The notes under the pieces: generated by a model
What the model was told of the DNA's origin: nothing
Seen by the model: the letters and a program-made list of their open reading frames with translations, nothing else
Database searches by the model: none
DNA from: Patescibacteria group bacterium
GTDB lineage: Bacteria > Patescibacteriota > Patescibacteriia > Magasanikbacterales > GWA2-37-8
Direction: 5' to 3'
Length of the DNA stretch: 64,000 nucleotides
Assembly (NCBI GenBank): GCA_041651015.1
Contig: JBAZKA010000005.1
Coordinates: 1,326-65,325, forward strand
Translations under genes and position numbers: made by a program
Part shown: positions 57,917-64,000 of the stretch, in pieces
Layout: each line of letters begins with the position of its first letter
Position numbering within the stretch: the stretch's first letter is position 1

Positions 57917-59797
57917 ATGGCCTTCAAACCATCATCAATAAATAAAAAAGAAGAAAAAAAATCAACCGGGCGTTTAGCCATGGAAACTTCGGCCATCAAA
58001 CAGAGTACGGCCGAAGAAATGGCCACGCTGGAAGAGGAGCGGATTTATCGCGAGGGCGTAATTTCCATTCGTGATTTAGTGGCGCCGTCCGCGTTTCGCG
58101 TGGAATCAAGTTTTGTTCAGCTCGGCGATGTTTTTTGCCGTACGCTTTTCATCACCGCGTATCCGCGCTACATCTCCATCGGTTGGGCCTCGCCGATTAT
58201 CAACATGTCGGCCACGATGGATGTGGGCATGTTTTTCTATCCGATTAAATCCGCGATAATTTTGAAACAATTAAAAAATAAAGTCGGCGCCTTGGAGGCG
58301 CAAATAAATTCCGATACTGAAAAGGGCGCCCCGCGCGACCCGATTCGCGAAACGGCTTTGCGCGATATAGAACAATTGCGCGACAACCTGACTCAAGGAA
58401 CCGAACACTTTTTCCAATTTTGTTTTTATGCCACGGTTTATGCTAAGAGCAAGGAAGAATTGGACCGGACATCCGAAGATATAGAAAATATTTTTGGCGG
58501 CAAACTAATAATTACGCGTAAGGTTTTGTATCAAGCCGAGCAAGGCTTTAATTCCACTTTGCCGATTGCGAACGACGAACTTTTTATTTCTTTCAACATG
58601 AATTCGTCGCCGATTGCCGCCTCGTTCCCGTTTATCTCGGCCGAGCTGACTTCGGATGATGGTATTTTGTACGGTATCAATCGCCACAACAATAGTTTGA
58701 TTTTGTTTGATAGATTTTCCCTGCAAAACGCCAATATGGTGGTCTTTGCCACCTCGGGCGCGGGCAAAAGTTATACTATTAAATTGGAAATTCTGCGCAC
58801 GATGATGATGGGTGTGGACGTGATTGTCATTGACCCGGAAATGGAATACAAACATTTGAGCGACGCGGTTGGGGGGACGTATATCAATATTTCGCTTTCA
58901 TCCGAAGCTAAGATCAATCCTTTTGATTTGCCTCGTCCGATGGGGATGGAAATTTCCACCGAGGATGTCATCCGGAGCGCGGTGATTACCGTTAAAGGTT
59001 TACTCCGCATCATGCTTGGCGGTTTATCCGTGGAGCAGGACGCGATTATTGATCGGGCTTTGATTGAAGCGTTTGCCAAAAAAGATATTACGCCGGATGC
59101 GGATTTGGCCACCGTTCGTCCGCCGATTATGCAGGATTTGGTGGAAGTTTTGGAAGGCATGCAAGGTTCGGGCGAGTTGGTGCTCAAATTGCAAAAATAC
59201 ACTGATGGCACATTTGCCGGCTTGTTTAATTCGCCGACCAATGTGGATATGAAAAATCAATTGGTGGTATTTTCAGTCCGAGATTTGGAAGAAGAACTTC
59301 GTCCGATTGCCATCTATACCATTATCAACTACATTTGGAACGTGGTGCGGTCCGAACGCAAAAAAAGAATTCTGGTGATTGATGAGGCTTGGTGGCTGAT
59401 GATGCATGAGGACTCGGCGAAATTTATTTTTTCTCTGGTCAAACGCGCGCGTAAATATTATTTGGGCGTCACCACCATCACTCAGGATGTAAACGACTTT
59501 TTGAAGTCTCAATACGGACAAGCGATCGTCACGAACTCGGCTTTACAGTTATTACTTCGCCAGTCGCCGGCTTCCATTGATTTGATTCAAAAAGTATTTG
59601 TCTTGACCGACAGTGAAAAATATCTATTATTGGAATCGGGTGTGGGCGAAGGGATTTTCTTTGCCGGACTAAAGCATGCGGCTATCAAAGTGGTGGCGTC
59701 ATACACCGAAGACCAAATTGTCACCACCAATCCTGAACAGCTTTTGGCCATAGAAAAAGCCAAAAAAGAATTTTCCGCCCAAGGCGGATCAGCTTAG
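57917..59797 (+). CDS. VirB4-like ATPase
   Basis: ATSGAGKS Walker A, IDPEMEY, INPFD, VIDEAW Walker B, KRARKY, TITQ. Confidence 0.88.
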   Translation: MAFKPSSINKKEEKKSTGRLAMETSAIKQSTAEEMATLEEERIYREGVISIRDLVAPSAFRVESSFVQLGDVFCRTLFITAYPRYISIGWASPIINMSATMDVGMFFYPIKSAIILKQLKNKVGALEAQINSDTEKGAPRDPIRETALRDIEQLRDNLTQGTEHFFQFCFYATVYAKSKEELDRTSEDIENIFGGKLIITRKVLYQAEQGFNSTLPIANDELFISFNMNSSPIAASFPFISAELTSDDGILYGINRHNNSLILFDRFSLQNANMVVFATSGAGKSYTIKLEILRTMMMGVDVIVIDPEMEYKHLSDAVGGTYINISLSSEAKINPFDLPRPMGMEISTEDVIRSAVITVKGLLRIMLGGLSVEQDAIIDRALIEAFAKKDITPDADLATVRPPIMQDLVEVLEGMQGSGELVLKLQKYTDGTFAGLFNSPTNVDMKNQLVVFSVRDLEEELRPIAIYTIINYIWNVVRSERKKRILVIDEAWWLMMHEDSAKFIFSLVKRARKYYLGVTTITQDVNDFLKSQYGQAIVTNSALQLLLRQSPASIDLIQKVFVLTDSEKYLLLESGVGEGIFFAGLKHAAIKVVASYTEDQIVTTNPEQLLAIEKAKKEFSAQGGSA

Positions 59798-59827
59798 GAC
59801 TGAAATGTATATAAAATAAATTTTAAT

Positions 59828-60421
59828 ATGACCACACTTCGTTCCCGAATATTTATTCTCATCAGTTTGATTGTTCTCATAATATTGGCCATCAGCATTG
59901 GCTTGATTGTGATTTCCAAGAAAAAACAGGCCGCTACTGTGGCCGAGACAACTCCAACCACGACTGCCGGCACGATTGATTCCACGAATTTTCCGGCGCA
60001 AATTACCACGCCGGCCACGGTTATTCCTTCCGGCACGACCGTAAAGCCGGCCACCACTGAAGAAACCATGAAAAATGCGGCTAAACAATTGGCTAAAATT
60101 TTTGTGGAGCGGTATGGCTCATATTCATCGGACGCAAGCGGTGAAAATATCCGTTCGGTGGAACCATTGGTGACGAAAGATTTGTGGGCAATCTTGAGCC
60201 AGCGCTTGAACGTAAAATACAACGGTGATTTTATCGGCGTCACCACCAAGGTTATCGCAACCAATGTGACGGATTTTTCAGCGTCCAGCGCAACAGTTGA
60301 ACTTAATTCCCAGAGGACGACCACCAAGGGTGCTACCGTGGCCGAGAGCACTCAAGCGGCGACGGTTAAACTGGTTAAATCCGGTGATAACTGGCTGGTG
60401 GATGATATCAAGTGGAAGTAA
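59828..60421 (+). CDS. Single-TM protein, possibly VirB8-like
   Basis: TM helix, Thr-rich linker, FVERYGSYS, C-terminal LVKSGDNWLVD suggesting an NTF2-like fold. Confidence 0.55.
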   Translation: MTTLRSRIFILISLIVLIILAISIGLIVISKKKQAATVAETTPTTTAGTIDSTNFPAQITTPATVIPSGTTVKPATTEETMKNAAKQLAKIFVERYGSYSSDASGENIRSVEPLVTKDLWAILSQRLNVKYNGDFIGVTTKVIATNVTDFSASSATVELNSQRTTTKGATVAESTQAATVKLVKSGDNWLVDDIKWK

Positions 60422-60440
60422 TTTTTATTATTCAATTTTC

Positions 60441-60520
60441 CTCCCCCTATTAGGGGGAGGACAGAGGAGGGGGTATGTTTTGTTGACCTCACCCTCTGTC
60501 CCTCTCCTAAAAGGAGAGGG
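60441..60520. repeat. Paired purine/pyrimidine palindrome (REP-like)
   Basis: ctccccct-att-agggggag...ccctctcct-aaa-aggagaggg. Confidence 0.7.
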
Positions 60521-60535
60521 ATTTAATTAGTTTAT

Positions 60536-61054
60536 ATGAGGAAAAAATTATTGGTCGCAATTCTAATTATCGCGTTGCTCGTGTTGGTCGGCCTAATTAC
60601 CTGGCAATTTTACGGTCGTTCGTGGTGGGAAATAAAAAAAGAAAAGATTTCTATTGGTTTGTCTGAGCCAAATTTTCCTTGGCGCGATAGAACTCAAGAT
60701 GAATTAAATACACTATATCCACAAATTAAAAACGCCGATGTGGCGACTCGGACCACGCCCGAGCAAACGTATGCCAAATTTAGAGAAGGTTTGAAAAATA
60801 ATGATTTGCCAACTGTATTGGATCAATTATTCAAAGATTCTTCGCGCTATGAATCAAATGTCGCGGCTATCTCTAAGGCGTATAATGAAAATAAATTTAC
60901 TTCAATTTATGAAAAATATCCGGAGGTGATAACAAGTACTCTACAGGGTGATTCGCTGGCGCAGTATGTATTTATATATAACAACGGGGCATCTTCGCAT
61001 CATGTTGATTTCAATAAAAATAGCAGCGGAGATTGGAAAATAACGCAATATTAA
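60536..61054 (+). CDS. Single-TM hypothetical protein
   Basis: TPEQTYAKF...F.KNSSGDWKI. Confidence 0.65.
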   Translation: MRKKLLVAILIIALLVLVGLITWQFYGRSWWEIKKEKISIGLSEPNFPWRDRTQDELNTLYPQIKNADVATRTTPEQTYAKFREGLKNNDLPTVLDQLFKDSSRYESNVAAISKAYNENKFTSIYEKYPEVITSTLQGDSLAQYVFIYNNGASSHHVDFNKNSSGDWKITQY

Positions 61055-61065
61055 TAATATATTAT

Positions 61066-63666
61066 ATGAGGAGGGTAATTTTCTTTGCCGTATTGATTGT
61101 TATAATTGTATCCATAGCAACTATATCTAAACAGGCAAGTTCCTTTGATACTTATGTGGCGCACCCGCATTTGACCGAGGCGGCAATAAATTTATTTAAT
61201 CAAAAAGCGGGCAATAAAATAAACGATGAAGAAAAACAAAATATTATTCAAGGGTCAATTGATGAGGATACACCGGCTCGTTGGATGAATCATTTTTATA
61301 ACCCGAATACGAACAAGGGGTTATATGGTTTTTCCTCAGCTAAAAAATGGGTCAATTATCCAGACTCGCAAGAAATGTACGCTGTCGGCGACCAATCATG
61401 GGACGCGGCTTTATATGCCTATGCGGATAACGATTATAATACGGCCTTTTTGGCTTTGGGGCATGTTTTGCATTTGATTGAAGATATGGCGGTGCCGGCC
61501 CACACACGTCTTGATTCGCATCCCGAGGGCGACCCGTTGGAATCATGGGCCGAAAAATATAATCCAGGTTTTGCAAGAGAAGATATAGAATATTACGATA
61601 ATTTAGATGCATATTTTTATAATTTAGCCAGTATTTCAAATAATAATTTTTTTAGTGAAGATACGATAGATAAGAAAGATATAAATCTAAATAATATTAA
61701 AGGAGTAATATATAGTGGCGTTCCGCTAAATTGTGTCCAAGAATTATATGATAATAAGAAATATTGTAAAATAGCCGTTGAAGAAGATCTCGTTGACTCA
61801 AATAATAATAAATATTTTATAACAGATAAAATTAACTCCGACTACTATTCCATTCTCGCGCCAAAAGCCGTATCATACGCGGCCGGAGTAATCCAATTAT
61901 TTTTTGAACAAGGCGAGGCAACACGCGCTAAACATGATGCAATTAGAGCCAAGTATAACGCGTATACAAATGCCTTAACAAAATTATTTATTAATCAAAA
62001 CGGGAAACTTGTTTCCGCAGTTGACCTTTTGAAAAATCCGCAAACCTCGCAAAAGGTCGCTGATGTAATTATCCAATCGGTCAATAAAACTCAGGCGGAA
62101 ACCACCAAAGAAATTATCAAGATCTTAACTCCGGCCACCACGACAAAAACTGCCGATGTATTGGGTGAAAAAATTATTCCGCCTTTGGAAAATGATGTAT
62201 CTTCAGCTACCTCAACCACAGATGATTCCGTCAAAACAATATATTTATTTACCGGTTCGCCCGCTTATGTTTTTGAACCATGGCCGGCTTTGATTTTTGA
62301 TTCAATATTTTCTTCAACGCTTTATACTTCGTCAACATTGGTCTCGGTATTTGGCGAGTGCGCCAGCGGGACACAATCAATTTTTGTATATCGCTCGGCC
62401 GAGTCATCGTCAACTCCTGACTATATGGCGAACGCCACTACCACGATAAATAATATTAACTGGTCGTCAGAACTAATTCCGCAATACGGCATCAATTTAT
62501 ATTATTTTTCCGCGCTCGGCGATGATGGACGTCCGACTTCGTCGGCCGTTGGGCCGGCGCAAATCATTTTAGATTACTTTGCTCCGTCGTCCACCGCGCT
62601 CGCGGCCGAAATAATTTCCACGTCCACCACTTCCACTGTAATTCATTTAAATCTTTCGGCCGAAGAAAATATCTCTGTTCCAGTTGCGTATGATTTGGAT
62701 TTTTCGGCCAGCGGCACTGAATGGGCTAACCTTCTATCAGTATCCACTAGTACATTTTATGATTTTACGGCGACCAGTTCGGGCGATTATGTGTTTCGTT
62801 TGCGGGCAAGCGACGCGCTTGGCAACGTGTCTGACTATGTATTCGCGACGACCACTGTGGAATTAGGACCGATTGAATATGAGTACATCCATCTGAGCGG
62901 GGAACAAATTGATGATGAATTAATTTTAACCGCGACCGGCAGTCCGTATATTTTGGAGCATTATATTGTCCCGGCTGGTAAAATTTTACGGCTTCAACCC
63001 GGCACAATAGTCAAAGGATTAAACCGCGCTTCGTATATGGAAATATATGGTTCAATGTATGTTGAAGGGGCGGGGAGCGGCCGCGTTGCGTTTACGTCAG
63101 TCCAAGATAGAAGTTTTGGCGATGATAGAACCAACACGATGACTCTTGGCACAAACAATGAACCAGCAGCGTGGGATTGGGGTGGCCTGATATTCTATGG
63201 CGGTAGTTATGGCGAGATAAACTACGCAGATTTTCGTTATAGCGGTTCAGACCCGTTCCTGTGCCTAACCGCGCGGGCTACCTGTGGTTTCTATAGTAAA
63301 ACAATTTATGCCGGCGATGGCGTCATCTTGTCAATTGATAATTCCACCTTTTCATACGGCGGCAACTTGTATATTAAAGCGGAATTTTATCAATCAATTC
63401 CGGAAGCGAACTCAATTTCCATAACCAATACTATTTTTGATGGCGCTAATTCCTATAGTAATTACGGTTCCGGAATTGGCGGAATATATATTGTACGCGG
63501 TGCGTTGCATTTAGATAATGTGCAATTTTTAAATTTAGAATATGGAATATATTCCGACTCGCGTGATTGGAATTGGCCGGCGATCACAATAAACAATGTT
63601 TCATCGGCGAATTTCATTAACGTGACAACGCCGGTTTATCCGGAGGGAATATTGACGCTTGAGTGA
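61066..63666 (+). CDS. Secreted modular protein: Zn-dependent phospholipase C/P1 nuclease-like domain, Fn3-like domain, beta-helix
   Basis: HPHLT, GSIDED, NHFYNP, ALGHVLHLIEDMAVPAH; YVFRLRASDALGNVS; SPY..L.LQPGT.VK, WGGL. Confidence 0.65.
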   Translation: MRRVIFFAVLIVIIVSIATISKQASSFDTYVAHPHLTEAAINLFNQKAGNKINDEEKQNIIQGSIDEDTPARWMNHFYNPNTNKGLYGFSSAKKWVNYPDSQEMYAVGDQSWDAALYAYADNDYNTAFLALGHVLHLIEDMAVPAHTRLDSHPEGDPLESWAEKYNPGFAREDIEYYDNLDAYFYNLASISNNNFFSEDTIDKKDINLNNIKGVIYSGVPLNCVQELYDNKKYCKIAVEEDLVDSNNNKYFITDKINSDYYSILAPKAVSYAAGVIQLFFEQGEATRAKHDAIRAKYNAYTNALTKLFINQNGKLVSAVDLLKNPQTSQKVADVIIQSVNKTQAETTKEIIKILTPATTTKTADVLGEKIIPPLENDVSSATSTTDDSVKTIYLFTGSPAYVFEPWPALIFDSIFSSTLYTSSTLVSVFGECASGTQSIFVYRSAESSSTPDYMANATTTINNINWSSELIPQYGINLYYFSALGDDGRPTSSAVGPAQIILDYFAPSSTALAAEIISTSTTSTVIHLNLSAEENISVPVAYDLDFSASGTEWANLLSVSTSTFYDFTATSSGDYVFRLRASDALGNVSDYVFATTTVELGPIEYEYIHLSGEQIDDELILTATGSPYILEHYIVPAGKILRLQPGTIVKGLNRASYMEIYGSMYVEGAGSGRVAFTSVQDRSFGDDRTNTMTLGTNNEPAAWDWGGLIFYGGSYGEINYADFRYSGSDPFLCLTARATCGFYSKTIYAGDGVILSIDNSTFSYGGNLYIKAEFYQSIPEANSISITNTIFDGANSYSNYGSGIGGIYIVRGALHLDNVQFLNLEYGIYSDSRDWNWPAITINNVSSANFINVTTPVYPEGILTLE

Positions 63667-63667
63667 T

Positions 63668-64000
63668 GTGTTTAAACAATTTTTACTCTTAATCAAAGCC
63701 ACACTTTTTCCAATCTATTGCGTGGAATGCGGCGCGGAAGGCGAGTGGTGGTGCAAAAAATGTTTAGCCCGACAGGAAAAATGTTTTGGCGAGTTTGAGG
63801 CCAGTGCGTCATCGTTGGATGGCGCTTTTGCCTTTTTACCATACTTGGAGCAGGTGCCAGCTGGTAAATTAATCCGCGCGTTTAAATATAATTTCGCCTC
63901 GGATATTGAGAATGTTTGGCATAAGGTAATTGTTCACAGCGAAAAATTTGATAATTTTGCCAAACAAATATCAACGGAAAATTGTATGATTGTGCCAGTC
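63668..64000 (+). CDS. comF: ComF-family protein, truncated by the window end
   Basis: GTG start; LFPIYCVECG....WCKKC zinc ribbon, LIRAFKY, IVPV. Confidence 0.75.
   Translation, partial: MFKQFLLLIKATLFPIYCVECGAEGEWWCKKCLARQEKCFGEFEASASSLDGAFAFLPYLEQVPAGKLIRAFKYNFASDIENVWHKVIVHSEKFDNFAKQISTENCMIVPV

Overview
64 kb of an AT-rich bacterial chromosome whose gene content points to Patescibacteria/CPR (Parcubacteria-like). The taxonomy is inferred from CPR-type pilins, a VirB6/PrgI/VirB4 cluster, a giant Cys-rich surface protein and housekeeping genes without Shine-Dalgarno sites. The core genes are glycosyltransferases, rnpB, rnj, secG, uvrA, rplS, gmk, an RluA/RluD synthase, mltG, queA, rplK-nusG-secE, gyrB, rodA, prfB, tsaC, rsmA, comF and two tRNAs. 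Most notable observations: (1) Behind the 2727-aa Cys-rich gene lies a tandem array of ~2 kb units (45953-50560). Each begins with a repeat encoding FGST(S/A)DTGCK, and the two intact units carry a C-terminus for the giant protein, an antisense Asp-Ser/Thr-repeat lipoprotein gene in a conserved promoter/hairpin/boxA-like/inverted-repeat scaffold, and a toxin-antitoxin pair that differs in every unit. (2) A GxxExxY nuclease gene sits in the loop of a palindromic element, and an exactly emptied copy with compensatory changes lies 3.5 kb away. (3) An unannotated 39-aa peptide gene precedes a radical SAM/SPASM enzyme with a CX5CX2C motif, in an island flanked by 18-bp direct repeats. (4) Palindromic repeats are inserted in frame in several housekeeping proteins and into RNase P RNA. 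(5) There is a tRNA-Ile with a UAU anticodon. All calls were made by eye from the sequence and the ORF track; no searches were run.
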